From Eledone cirrhosa (Eukaryota): 64,000 bases of DNA. The notes below the pieces were generated by a model. The model was not told where the DNA came from. It worked only from the letters and a program-made list of their open reading frames with translations, and ran no database searches. The stretch is taken from contig OZ024740.1 of assembly GCA_964016885.1 (NCBI GenBank), positions 430,342,001-430,406,000 of the forward strand, in the 5' to 3' direction. Position numbers and translations under genes: made by a program. Positions 38,693-50,113 of the stretch are shown here, in pieces (within the stretch, counting starts at the first letter, position 1; every line of letters starts with the position of its first letter).

Positions 38693-41484
38693 TGCCGGTG
38701 GTGGAAGTCTTCGTGAGGGGGAAGCCACAGCGAGCCCTCGTGGATACGGGCTGTACGACGACACTGGTGACCGCGGGGGTGGCGCAGAGGTGGGGAGGGA
38801 AGAGCAGCGTAAGGGCAGTCGACGGCAGGAAAATTGAATGCCGAGGTCGTAGCGAGATGGAAATAGCGGTACGGGGAAGGACGATAAGGCTTTCCGCCAT
38901 CGTGATGGATGGGATCGGCGTGGTTATGGGCATGGACGCGATTGGCCGTCTAGGGGGCGTCACGGTGAACAATGTCGGTGTGTCGTTTGGCGCCGCTGCA
39001 TCGGTATGCGCTGTGAGTGCACGTCATGAGAACCAGAAGGCCCACGAGGGGCAATACCCCGCTTACACTGTACAGGACAAGGACTCCAAGGCCGTGTTTG
39101 ATGGGCAGCGATGGGTTGTTGAGTGGTACTGGAAGGGAGAACCACCAACACTGAAGACCAAAGTGGGCTGCTATCAACACACATTGAAGAGAAACGCTAG
39201 GGGCGAGTTCGAGCGAGAAGTAGAGAGATGGATCGAAGAGGGCATACTGCTTCCCTGGAAGGAGGAGGTGAAGTGCGGAGTATTTCCGTTGATGGCGGTG
39301 GTGCAACCCACGAAGAGCAAGGTGAGGCTGGTGCTGGACTATCGAGAGCTGAACGAGCACGTGTCATGCCACACGGGTGGCGAGGTCACGGATGTCTGTG
39401 GGGAAACCCTGCGTGAGTGGAGACGCATGACGGGGGGTTCAGCGATCGTGGATCTAAAGTCTGCTTACTTGCAGTTGCATATAGATGAGAAGCTCTGGCG
39501 GTATCAGCTGGTCAGGTATAAGGGCCGGACATATTGCCTGACCAGGCTCGGTTTCGGGCTGAGCTCTGCACCGAAGATCATGGCGGCGGTCCTCAAGACT
39601 GCTCTGGGGAGGGCCGAAAAGATAAAGAGGGCTACTAACTCCTACATTGACGACATCCTAGTGGACGAGTCGGTGGTGTCGACGGCGGAGGTCACGAGCC
39701 ATTTGCGGAGGTATGGACTGACTGCGAAGCCATCAGAAGCATTGGAGGGAGGAGCCGCGCTGGGACTTAGGCTACGGCGAGATAAGACGGGCGTTTTGGT
39801 GTTCCAGAGGGGAAACGAAGTTCCGGAACTGGGCCCAAGTATGAATAGGCGGGAGCTTTTCTCGGTGTGTGGAAAGCTGGTGGGTCACTACCCGATCGCT
39901 GGGTGGCTCCGGACGGCATGCAGCTGTGTCAAGAGACGAGCGGGAGGGGTGACTTGGAGTGACAGAGTGGGAGAGAGAACGGTGGCCATGATGCAGGAGA
40001 TCGTGGGGAGGGTGAAGGCCGACGACCCAGTGCGGGGACGCTGGTATGTTCCCAAATCACGGAGCGGGACCGTATGGTGCGATGCCAGCAGCATAGCGCT
40101 GGTTGTCACGTTGGAGATAGGAGGTGTTGAGGTCGAGGATGCAGCCTGGCTTAGAAAGAAGGACGACTGCAGCCACATCAATGTGGTCGAGCTGGACGCG
40201 GTGTTGAGAGGGGTGAACCTCGCCCTGCGCACCATCGAGATACGCACCGACTCGGCTACCGTACTCGGATGGGTAAGATCAGTGCTCACCAGTGAGAAGA
40301 GAGTGCGAACGAGAGGCGCGGCGGAGATGCTGATAAAGCGCCGCCTGGGAACGTTAGGAGAGCTGGCCACCGAGTTCGACCTGAAGCTGAGCGTAGTGTT
40401 CGTGCCTTCAGAGAAAAATAGGGCGGACATCTTAACTAGAGTGAAGAAAGCCTGGATGGAAGCGCCGGAGGAGGTAGAGGATGAGATAGCTGCCGTGTGT
40501 CGGCTGACCGAGTTAGACCTGAAGGGGTTGCATGACATGCACCACATGGGGGTGGATAGGAGCCTGTTCCTAGCCAGGAGAATCGACTCGGACGTTAGCA
40601 GACAGTGTTCGGGGGTCGTTAGAAGCTGCGTCCGATGTCAGTCCATTGATCCCGCCCCGGGTGTACACGAAACGGGAAGCCTCCCGGTGGATCGCGACTG
40701 GAAGCGATTAGCGGTGGATGTGACGCACTACCGGCAGGGAACGTACCTCTCGATGGTCGACTGTGGACCAGGTCGAATGGCGATATGGAGGGAGATGAAG
40801 ACTGGAACGGCCGAGGAAATCGTGCAGACGTTGAGAGAGGTGTTCTTGGAGCGGGGCCCTGTGGATGAACTGCTAATGGACAACAGCACAGCGTTCCGCT
40901 CGGAGGCACTGAGGGGGATGCTCGAGGAATGGAAGGTGGACCGTTTCTTCAGAGCGGCGCACAGGCCGAGCGGGAATGGAATCGTGGAGCGACACCACCG
41001 GACGATCAAAGCAATGGCGGAGCGGGGCCATATCTCACCAATGGAGGCAGTGTTCTGGTACAATATGTCCCCTCGGGTTGGACAGGTCGAGGAATCGGTG
41101 CCACACAGAGCAGTATTCAAATACGAGTGGCGGCACCCGTGCACGCCACCACAACGGCCAGTGGGGAGAGACAGTGCATTCGTGCAGGTGGGCGAAGAAG
41201 TCTGGGTTAAGCCCCCAGATGCACGGTGCACATCTCAATGGGGAAGGGGAACGGTGACGGCCGTAAATTCAAAGAACAATGTGTCCGTGGACGGGGTACC
41301 ACGTCATGTCCTGGATGTAAGAAGAATCACTGTATCGACGGACTCCGAGGAAGAGGAAACCCAAGATGAGGTGGAAACCCAGAGCCCTGCCCCAATACTA
41401 CGAAGATCGCAACGGAGTCGTAGACCACCGACCTGGACGGCAGACTTTCATATGCAGAGGGACGAGGGGGAAATTGATCCTTGA
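38683..41484 (+). CDS. pol: Gypsy pol (protease, RT, RNase H, integrase)
   Basis: Open frame: LVDTGC protease, YIDD RT, WCDAS/RTDS RNase H, HHCC and D-D-E integrase (VDVTH, MDNS, IVERH). Confidence 0.93.
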   Translation, partial: VAALPVVEVFVRGKPQRALVDTGCTTTLVTAGVAQRWGGKSSVRAVDGRKIECRGRSEMEIAVRGRTIRLSAIVMDGIGVVMGMDAIGRLGGVTVNNVGVSFGAAASVCAVSARHENQKAHEGQYPAYTVQDKDSKAVFDGQRWVVEWYWKGEPPTLKTKVGCYQHTLKRNARGEFEREVERWIEEGILLPWKEEVKCGVFPLMAVVQPTKSKVRLVLDYRELNEHVSCHTGGEVTDVCGETLREWRRMTGGSAIVDLKSAYLQLHIDEKLWRYQLVRYKGRTYCLTRLGFGLSSAPKIMAAVLKTALGRAEKIKRATNSYIDDILVDESVVSTAEVTSHLRRYGLTAKPSEALEGGAALGLRLRRDKTGVLVFQRGNEVPELGPSMNRRELFSVCGKLVGHYPIAGWLRTACSCVKRRAGGVTWSDRVGERTVAMMQEIVGRVKADDPVRGRWYVPKSRSGTVWCDASSIALVVTLEIGGVEVEDAAWLRKKDDCSHINVVELDAVLRGVNLALRTIEIRTDSATVLGWVRSVLTSEKRVRTRGAAEMLIKRRLGTLGELATEFDLKLSVVFVPSEKNRADILTRVKKAWMEAPEEVEDEIAAVCRLTELDLKGLHDMHHMGVDRSLFLARRIDSDVSRQCSGVVRSCVRCQSIDPAPGVHETGSLPVDRDWKRLAVDVTHYRQGTYLSMVDCGPGRMAIWREMKTGTAEEIVQTLREVFLERGPVDELLMDNSTAFRSEALRGMLEEWKVDRFFRAAHRPSGNGIVERHHRTIKAMAERGHISPMEAVFWYNMSPRVGQVEESVPHRAVFKYEWRHPCTPPQRPVGRDSAFVQVGEEVWVKPPDARCTSQWGRGTVTAVNSKNNVSVDGVPRHVLDVRRITVSTDSEEEETQDEVETQSPAPILRRSQRSRRPPTWTADFHMQRDEGEIDP

Positions 41485-43866
41485 GATCAGGGGGGGGGGG
41501 GGGGGGCTCGACCGGAAGGGGTCTTTGACCGGAAGGGCCTCTCTCTAGTGGTGACCAGCATACGGTGAGGACGCGTTTTGGGCAGCTCCCGGTTTTAAGC
41601 AGTCGGACGCACGTGGAAGAGGAGTACCTGCAGTGGAATTTAGCGGCGCCTGTGAAAAGCGGTAAGTGAGATAGCTTTTTCTAACCACAATAATTATAAC
41701 AGCTTCTCGTATGTCCAATGGGTACCAAATAACCACGTACTTTTCCAGAGTTATGGTACAATTAAAACAAAACGATAATATACAATCTTATTTAACATGT
41801 GCATTAAAAATTAGACTAGTTGTTACAATTGTAATTAACGTGTAAGCAAAAGCTTAGATATTAACTTACCGATGGAAATATCGCGATAATTAAATCCATT
41901 TACGCTGGGGAAAAATGTAGAATTCATATTTTTCAAGTTGCAAATACGTGTATTATCCCAAAGTGAAAAACCAAGTTTTGCATCAACGTGGTGATTTCAA
42001 AGTTTATTTATTTACACGTGGTGGTAGTGGGGATTGTGTGAGAGTCTGCATTGGTGGTGTTAGCGTAATCGATTTGTTTTCAAATGTACTCACTTTACTA
42101 TATCCATGCTATTGAAACATTATTGAAATATATAAATATATTTTCATTTGAAAACAAACCGATTACGCTAACACCACCAATGCAGATTTTCTAATTTGAT
42201 ATACAGAGCGAAATAAATATATTTTCATCGATTACTACGCTACATAAATAAACGCGTGGTGATACGGAAATAAACGAAGGTTGACGAATGACGTCAAATT
42301 CTTCTACTTTCACTTCTGACAGTCAATTCCGTTGTAGTGCCGAGAAATGTGAGAGAAGGGCAGAGCTTGGATGAATTAAAGGAGAAGCTGGGTTTAAGAG
42401 GAATCCGAGGTGGTGTGGAGGAGAGAAGACTGCGTTGGTATGGAGATGTGATTTGCATGGACAATGACCGATGGGTGAAGAAATGCCAGGAAATCCCAGT
42501 GGAAGAAAGCCGCAGTAGAGAACGACTAAGAAAAACCTGGGCAGAGGTTGTGAGAGTGGACCTCAAATCGCTAAGACTGGCAGAGGAGATGATGACGAAG
42601 GAACACGACAAGTGGAGAGATGCCGTGCTGAGAAGGAACTGTCCAATCCATGCAAGAAGGAAAAGCAGGCAAAAAAAATGATGATGATGATGATGTTGCG
42701 TTTTTAATTCTAGAAAGTGTCTCTACTTTTTATACTGGTAGTTTACTTGTTATTTTATTACGAAAGAACAACAACAATATTTAAATATAAAATTTCTGTC
42801 ACTTTTGCGGGTGAGTCACTATATGGCTGCTCGACGCGCTAGAAATAGCAGTAAAATTTCCCTAGAACCTTAAATGAGATAGGACACATTTGATAAAGTA
42901 ATCCTTGTGTTAGATCCTTCATCGGTTTCGACGATGAACATCCAATGATTCGATTAACTAAATTCTTACAAATTGAATGCAGCTAAATATTCCACAAACA
43001 ATCGTTCTCTTTACGAGATTCTCAGGCTGAATCAGTGTGACAAGATTTGACCTTTGAACTACGTGCGTGCGTGTGTGAGAGAGGGAATGTGTGAAGATAT
43101 TGGTCTGGTACTTTATTTGTATCGACCTCAAAAGTATGAAAGGCAAATTGATCTAAGCGTGGTTTGACATCGAAATGAAGCGAACTGAAAGAAATTAGAG
43201 CAATCTATTTGACTCTAAAATGACTGCAAATTCGCTGCCTTAATGTTGCCCTAGATACGTCTGATAAAATAAGACGAGATGATCACGACTAGAATGACTT
43301 TCATCATAGGCAGGTTCTTTTAGAACTGACCTATGGTTAAACAACAAATAATCATAAATCGACCTGTTAGAAATAACAGCCAAACTCCTCTCAAATGCCG
43401 CACTCGTCGACAGCGTATTCTCTGTTATATAAAAGGACAGAACTGGCGTTAGAAGACCTTTAGCCATAGGCCTATCTGGTCAGAAAAAAAATATTTCTGA
43501 GAAAGCGGCGTTAAAATATTTCTGGGCATAGTATAGTGGAATGGTTAAGTTAATTCCTCAATCAAAAGTATTTAATAGTATAACATCGGGTAGATGGAAA
43601 CTATTTAGAAGCCCGTAAATAGACGGTACCTCTAATTTAAAGGACCGGTCATGTCATACCCAGTATCACGGTGAATTTTTTTGTGAATTATGATAATGGT
43701 ACACGTGCCTATAAATACTCTTTATAGATTAATTTAATGAGTATGTAACAGAACAACTGTTGAAACCGACACAGGTCCATTTATCATGTTTTTCTTTTCT
43801 TGTTTTTTACTTGATCAGAGCTGACCTGAGTATATACAACAACAATTAATTATAGATTTCACTTAC

Positions 43867-43981
43867 GTTTACGTAAAGCCACTGCTTTGTCAACAAAAGG
43901 TAAGTTATTAGTTTTCAGAAATATGTAAACAGCTCTGGAAGGTTGAGAGAGAAGATCGTAGTAAACCTTCAAGTTAGCCAT
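43867..43981 (-). CDS. GSTT1: Glutathione S-transferase theta class, exon 1
   Basis: Read manually (not in ORF track): ATG at 43981, MANLKVYYDLLSQPSRAVYIFLKTNNLPFVDKAVALRK+1 nt, donor GTAAGT; theta-class LSQPSRAVYIF motif with catalytic Ser. Confidence 0.93.
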
Positions 43982-44122
43982 GTTGTAAATATTGTGAGAG
44001 TGACCTCCCTTCGTTGTTGTAAATACGCCTCTTGCATCTCATTGGTTGATTATGACTGTGACATTTCACCGGTAAGTTTGATAATGAAATTGCACCCCTG
44101 CCCATGCAGCAAGCTTTATATT

Positions 44123-44314
44123 AATTGTTTCTACTTTTGGCACAAGGCCAGCAATTATCTCAGTGTATTACTGGTACTTTATTTTATCGACCCCGTAATG
44201 ATGAAAGGCAAAGTTAACCTCGGCGGGATTTGAACTCAGACCATAAAGGACCGTAACTCTTTGCTGCAAAGCATGGCGTCCGACCCTCTACCGATACTGC
44301 CAATCCACCGCCCT
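44123..44314 (-). mobile_element. MetaSINE-like SINE about 140 bp upstream of the GST start codon
   Basis: Full-length reverse copy of the 1811-2003 family. Confidence 0.8.
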
Positions 44315-44593
44315 TGCTTTATATTAATAACATATAATAATAATAATAATAATGATTTCTTTATTAACCACAAGGGTTTACATAAAGTAGACATTAAGGA
44401 CAGTGCAGGACAATACAAATGGGTATTTCTGCGTGTAAAAAACAAAAACAGAGGATGTAACAAAAAATAACAATGAAAAATTCCCCAATAGGGGGGAGAC
44501 TTCGGAGGGATATTTGTGGAGAAAGCCCAGTAAAAGGCCACAATGACCCTGACCACCAAGGCAAGTGCCCTCTCCCAGTTTTCCACCTTTAAT

Positions 44594-47500
44594 TTACAGA
44601 TATATACTTAGAGTAGGCCCATTCACTCGGGCCATTCTTGCTTCTCTCACCCATCTTTCAACAAAATGCTGGGAAGGGAGCACTTCCCTCTCTACTCTGA
44701 TTTTCCTTTGCAAATGAAATTTGAAAAAGTCAATCAGAGCATCACCGAAGAGGTAAGTGCTCGTCTTAAGCCCTTTCAAACGTGTCCACCATACTATCTC
44801 TTTCGCTATGGCCACCAGACAGATAAAAACTGCCTGCCCTTCCCGGCTAAAGGAGGAGGGCGGGGCAATCCTCACGATGGACTCAGATGATAGCCGGATC
44901 CGTCCTAAACGCGACAGCAGGTGTTCGACATAAACCCACAAGTCAGCAATTTTCGGACACTGGACGAGTGCGTGCAGGACGGTTTCGTCGCCCTGCGCGC
45001 ATCTCGGACATGCCCGACTGACGGCACCTCCATGCCTGTAGAGTTTATCCCGAACTGGCAAGGCTCCTCGGTAGCACTGCCAGGCCAGAGATTTCTGGAA
45101 GTTGTCCATAGGCCCTGGCCCGAAAGTTCTTCCGAAGAGATTGGCTAGTTGATTTTCGTCGACGCCTAGAGTTTCCCCAAGTACGCCGTCGCTCTCCCCT
45201 CCACTAATCCTCTATAGAACGCCGAGGTGGAGTTTCCACCGATCACATTGCCCGATTGGTCGAGGGCTGTGAGCGCCTGAAGACATTCCAGTCTCCAGGC
45301 GCTCCCTCTCGGTCTTCGCTTGACCCAGGATTGCAGCTCCGTCAAGGAAACGAGCTAGGGAAATGTGTGTCTAGCAAACGGCGACCACACCTGATCACCG
45401 TCGAGGAAGAGGTGGAGATGTCGTAGCCTGAGCGCGTGCCTGCGCATCATCAGCCACGGCATGCCCAGCCCTCCACGTAGCGGGTGTTGACAACAGATGG
45501 ATCGCCTGACCATCGGAGCGCGTCCTTTCCACAAAAAGCGAAAGAGCAAACGCTCCAGCGCAGTCAGGCGAGGCTTAGGACAAGGTACGACGGTCAGGCG
45601 GTAGCAGATGACAGACGCGATGTACGCGTTAGCCACCTCCGCTCGACCTTTCAGGGATAGCTTCCTCTCCGCCCATTTCTGGGTGAGAGAAGCCACCCTG
45701 CTCGTCACCTTGTCCCAGTTTTTGTCCGTCTGGAGGTCCGGACCGAACTAGACCCCTAGCAATTTAACCGGTCCGTCCAGCGTCCGACGACGCTGTTGGA
45801 CGGCATGGACCTGCCTCTCCAGGTGCCGAGCTGCAGGCCCACTGACTTTTCCTAGTTGATCATTGCTCCTGTCACCGCTTCGTATTCTCTTAGTGTAGTG
45901 CCGATCGCCTCGATGTGTTTGGCGTTCGACACCACTACGGTGACATCGTCCGAATATGCTGACACGGATCTTCCGCATCCTAGTTCGCGCGGGACGCCCC
46001 TCAACGTCTCCAGTTTGTGCAGTAATGGCTCGAGAGTCAATACGTACAAGAGGGACGAGAGGGGACATCCTTGGCGGACCGAGCGCATGATGTTGAACGG
46101 TTCCGACAGGTGACCGTTCATTCTCACCACAGAGCAGATGTCGCTGTGCATGGCAGCGATCCAGCCTCTGAAGACGGGCCAAAAGCCTGCCGCTGGGTAA
46201 CGATGGTCGACCCTATCGAAAGCTTTCGACTGATCTAAATTGATCAAGGAAGGACCCACCCGTGCCAGGTTCCCTAGCTACCCTCTCTACGATGTATCGC
46301 ATGAGGTGGAGGTTATCGTGGATGGATCTGTCGGGAATGGCGCATGTCTGCGCCTCTCCCACCAGACCACCAACGACAAGCGCCAACCTCTTTGCTAGCA
46401 CCTTGGCCAAAATCTTGAACTCTGTGTTTAGCAGAGTTATGGGCCGGAAATTATCTATGTTATCCCCCTTGTTCGTATCCTTTCTCAGCAGTGCCATCGC
46501 TCCTCGGCTCACAGAACTGGGAATTCTCCCGTTCTGTTGCCAGTTGCAGTAGACGTCCGCCAAGAGGCCTCCGAACAAGTCTGGCATCTGTACGTAAAGT
46601 TCATAGGGCAGACCATCCAAACCAGGCGATTTACCCCTTGTGCAGCCAGTCATTGCCTCCCTTACTTCAGCGGCTGTTATCGGCTTTTCGCAACACTTCG
46701 CTTCAGTGGCCGAGAGCCGCGGCAGTCCGTCGAGGTAGACACTAAGGTCCATCCCTCGACCCGGCCCACCGCTGCCCCCGAACAGCTGAGCGAAGTGTCG
46801 CTGAAAAGCTTCACATATTTGCCCGGGATCGAGTAGCATGCGCCCGTCGTGGTCCACCAAAGACCGGATCGTGGCTTTGTTGCCACGACACGCCTCCACC
46901 ACTCGGGCCCATTGAACGGCTTTCGTCCCCTCGTGTCTGAGAGCACGCACCCTTGCTCTGACAACGCAGCCTTCGTGCTTTGCATCGAAGAATTGGTCAA
47001 GGGCCAATTTCGCCGCAAGCACGTCGGTCGCAATGCCTTTGCTAAGCGCCTCATCTAATTTTCTAACTAGTTCTCCCTCTGCTCTATTTTTCTCTATTGC
47101 TAAAGCCTTACTAAACCTAATCGATTCTATTCTAATCACTCTTTTCAGAGCAAACCACCCCTTGTTGTTGACGATGGCCCCCGTCAACGCCCGCTTAACT
47201 AGTTCGCTAATCCGGTCTCTGTAGGCCTTGCGCGCTGGTAAGGACGCGTTTAGCTTCCAGTAGCCAGGTCCTCGTCTATGAAGCCTATCTAAGTCAAGCA
47301 CACAGATCACGAATTTGTGGTCCGTGTAGCTGACTATCTTGAATTGTGGACAGCCTATGCTAGACCTATCTATTTCCCTACAAAATACTCTATCTAGATA
47401 TGATCTGGATGACCCTATACGATTTGTCCAAGTCCACATTGGCACATTCGGGAAATCCAATCGGTACCTGTCAGACAGTTCAAAACGCCTGAGCAGGTTG

Positions 47501-47980
47501 GTGAGGCTCTTGCACCCTCCACCCCTATCCGCTAATCCCACACAGTCCCAGCGTGCATCTAAGATCCCGTTCCAGTCGCCCACTAACACTAAAGAGTGGG
47601 ACGTTCCAAGAAAGGTCTCCAGACGCCGGAAGAAATCAGGCCGCCCTGCTCCTGTCGGGGCATAGACGGCCACTAGCCTGAAAGCTTGCCCGTCTCCGCT
47701 GGTTACGTCCAGCACCACCAACTTACCCTCTGGGTCCAGGAAGATCCAAACCTCTCCGAAAAAGCACAGCAACTCCTCCCCCTGATCCAGGACGCCTGGG
47801 AGATGCGTACACATCGTAGCCGCCAAAGATCGGTGCGAAGGCCCGTGCTTCGGAGATTCTGGTCTCGCTGATGGCCACTACATCTATGTTTAGTGACCTG
47901 AGGTCGTTGAGCAGGTGACCCTGCTTCCATGACGACCCCAAGCCATGCGCATTTATGCTGCCTATTCTGAGTGAGGTCAT
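44594..47980 (-). pseudogene. Tx1 ORF2 (APE-RT-zinc finger), multiple frameshifts
   Basis: Pieces 47723-47980, 46213-47826, 45852-46259, 45355-45708 and 44594-45109 in colinear domain order. Confidence 0.88.
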
Positions 47981-48006
47981 GTTTAAAATAGAGTGGGAAA
48001 GACCAC

Positions 48007-50113
48007 TTACCGTACTTTTCGTAGAGGAGGGATGGTTTTTACATCCCTTTTCACTTGATCGTCTGGTGAAGGGACCGTTGAATCGTCCCTTCGGCTGGTC
48101 ATCGGCTCTTCTATAAGTATGTCCGAATATACTCTTCGGTTGATAGTTCCTCCTAGGTCCCTGAAATCGCCAACTGCGTTGGGGAATTTCGTTTTAATGT
48201 TTGTGCATTGTTTCTGTGCTATTTTTAGCAGTCTTATGTTAGTTGGCGTTTTGATTGGTGCTGGTATTATGTAGTCGTGTTGTGAAATGTCTGTGTGTTC
48301 AATTATGTAAGTCATTAGTTTCTTGTTGTGTGTATTTATTGCCGTGCATTTGTTTTTCTGAGGGTGGGGTGTGGTTCTGCTATTTTCTTGTCGTTTTTGC
48401 TGGGTGTGTGTGTTTTGTTGTTGTGTTTGCGATATTGGTGCTTGTGGTGGTGGTGTTGAAGGTGTTGTTGGCGGCGGGGTTGTCGCCGGTGGTGATGGTG
48501 GTGCTAGTGTGGGTGGTGATGGTGTTGGTGGTGTTGCTGCTGTGAGTCTCTTTGCAGTAGACTTTACCCTTTTTTCATTTCTTTCCTCCCTTTTCAAAGG
48601 CGACGATGCGCTGCTTCTGTGTTTGTGCCTTCTTACGACCTTTTGCCATCCCTCTCCCACCTCACACTCCATGTCTGATTCTGTGAGGTCGGGGAGGGGT
48701 ACCAGCTCCACTCTTTCACTTGTTGTTGGTGATGTTTGCACTGGAGTCTCTGTTGCAGCTGCATTTGGTATTGCTGTTGTTGTTGTTGTTAATACTTCCA
48801 CTGCAGCTGCTGTTTTTGATTTCCGTGGTGTGGGTATGGGTGCCACGGACCTATCGTTCCTGGTTGCCGCTTGTCCTGTTGCTGGTAGCCATGGAGCCGG
48901 TTTCGGAAGGAGGGAGGTTTTCTCATTTCTCAGGGTCTTCTCGTTGCAGAAGGCCCTGAGGTGAGTCTTCGATCCACATGGAAAGCATTTCGGGTGTTTG
49001 CCCTCAACACGTATGGGCAGTTGAGTGCCGTTATCGAAGTCTATCACATCCGGGATAGCTTCGATGCACTCCTGGTTGGTTTGGATTAGCATCTCAATGG
49101 AGGTGCCGACCCAATCTTCTCTTACTTTTTTTCTGTACTTGCAGTACAGTTGTTTTGTCCTCGATTCCGACGAGGACAGACGCGGCCAGCCAAGAAGGGG
49201 CCATCCCGGGGGGGACGTGGGTCAGTTTGACCCTCACAATTTTTTGCCCGCAGTAGGAGGGCACCAACACCATTTCCTCGCTCCTTAGGGTCACTACGGA
49301 TTGAGCCTTTGCCTCCTGGGGTGTGGCAAAAAGTACGTCTACGGTGGCATATTTCTTGCCTCGGGTGATGTGCGTTTTCCGCTGCCACACAGACCCCAAG
49401 GCTTTTTGTATTTGAGCCTCTGTGGCTCTTTCCACCCCACGGGATTTTGTACTTACTGTACGGTACGTGACCGTACAGTGCTCTTGGGTTTCGAAAAATT
49501 TTTCCGCTGCCTTGCAGATTGCTCGGTGTCCAGTCTTTGTCACCATCTTCTTCGCTTCCTCTAATTCCTCATTTGTTATGAAGATTGTTTCCAGGTTCTT
49601 CGCGATACCTGCAAATGAGATTGGTTTTTCTTTGCTGCTGTTGTTGTTGTTGTTGTCGTCAGAGCTGCTGTTACTTTTGTTGTTGCTGCAGGTACTACGA
49701 CTACTGCCGCCGCCGCTGTTGCTGTGGTTGTTGTTGTTGTTGCTGCTGCTAATGCTGTTGTTGTTTATGCTGCTGCTGATGCTGTTGCGGCTGCTACTGT
49801 TGTTTTCATTGTCACTGTTGCTGTTGTTATTACGGCTGCTACTGCTATTATTCCTGACGTCAGACGAATGAAATGGGTTTTCGTATTTCCCGCACACCCG
49901 TTTCGTCGTTGTCGTCGTCGTCGTGGAGAAATCTTGCACGCTTTGCACGAGACTTTTCTTTTCTGTCGTCGCTTGCGAAAGAGAAGGGAGGGAGAGAGAC
50001 ACATTTAAAGAAGGGAGGGAGAGAGACAATCTTCTCTCTGCTGTAGTGACGATTGAGGAAGAAGAAGCCGGAATGAGTGGGAGTGACCTATGAAAATTCT
50101 TTTTCGTAGCCAT
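48007..50113 (-). pseudogene. Tx1 ORF1, split by one frameshift near an A-run at about 49125-49132
   Basis: Two adjacent ORFs (49094-50113, 48007-49092); Asn/Ser-rich N-terminal tract, zinc knuckle, Pro/Thr-rich tail. Confidence 0.75.

Larger units (their letters stand above)
37644..41689 (+). mobile_element. Ty3/Gypsy LTR retrotransposon, compact (about 4 kb)
   Basis: 5' LTR 37644-37886 (TGTGG...CCACA); 3' LTR about 41490-41689, missing its 5' start; 5-bp TSD ATAAT (37639-37643, 41690-41694); gag and PR-RT-RH-IN order. Confidence 0.97.
37185..42341. mobile_element. Non-autonomous DNA transposon (Merlin-like MITE, about 1.1 kb excluding the nested LTR element)
   Basis: About 90-bp TIRs starting GGCACTACAACGGAATTG; perfect 8-bp TSD GAGAAATG (37177-37184 and 42342-42349); no transposase seen. 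The Merlin call rests on GG termini plus the 8-bp TSD. Confidence 0.85.
37045..42695 (+). mobile_element. Old RTE 3' fragment split by nested insertions (parts about 37045-37184 and 42342-42695)
   Basis: SLRTKGRLY...MLHGSETWA...RLERN continues after the insert as NVREGQSLDELKEKLG...RLRWYG...RKTW, ending in a (TGA)n tail. Confidence 0.85.
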
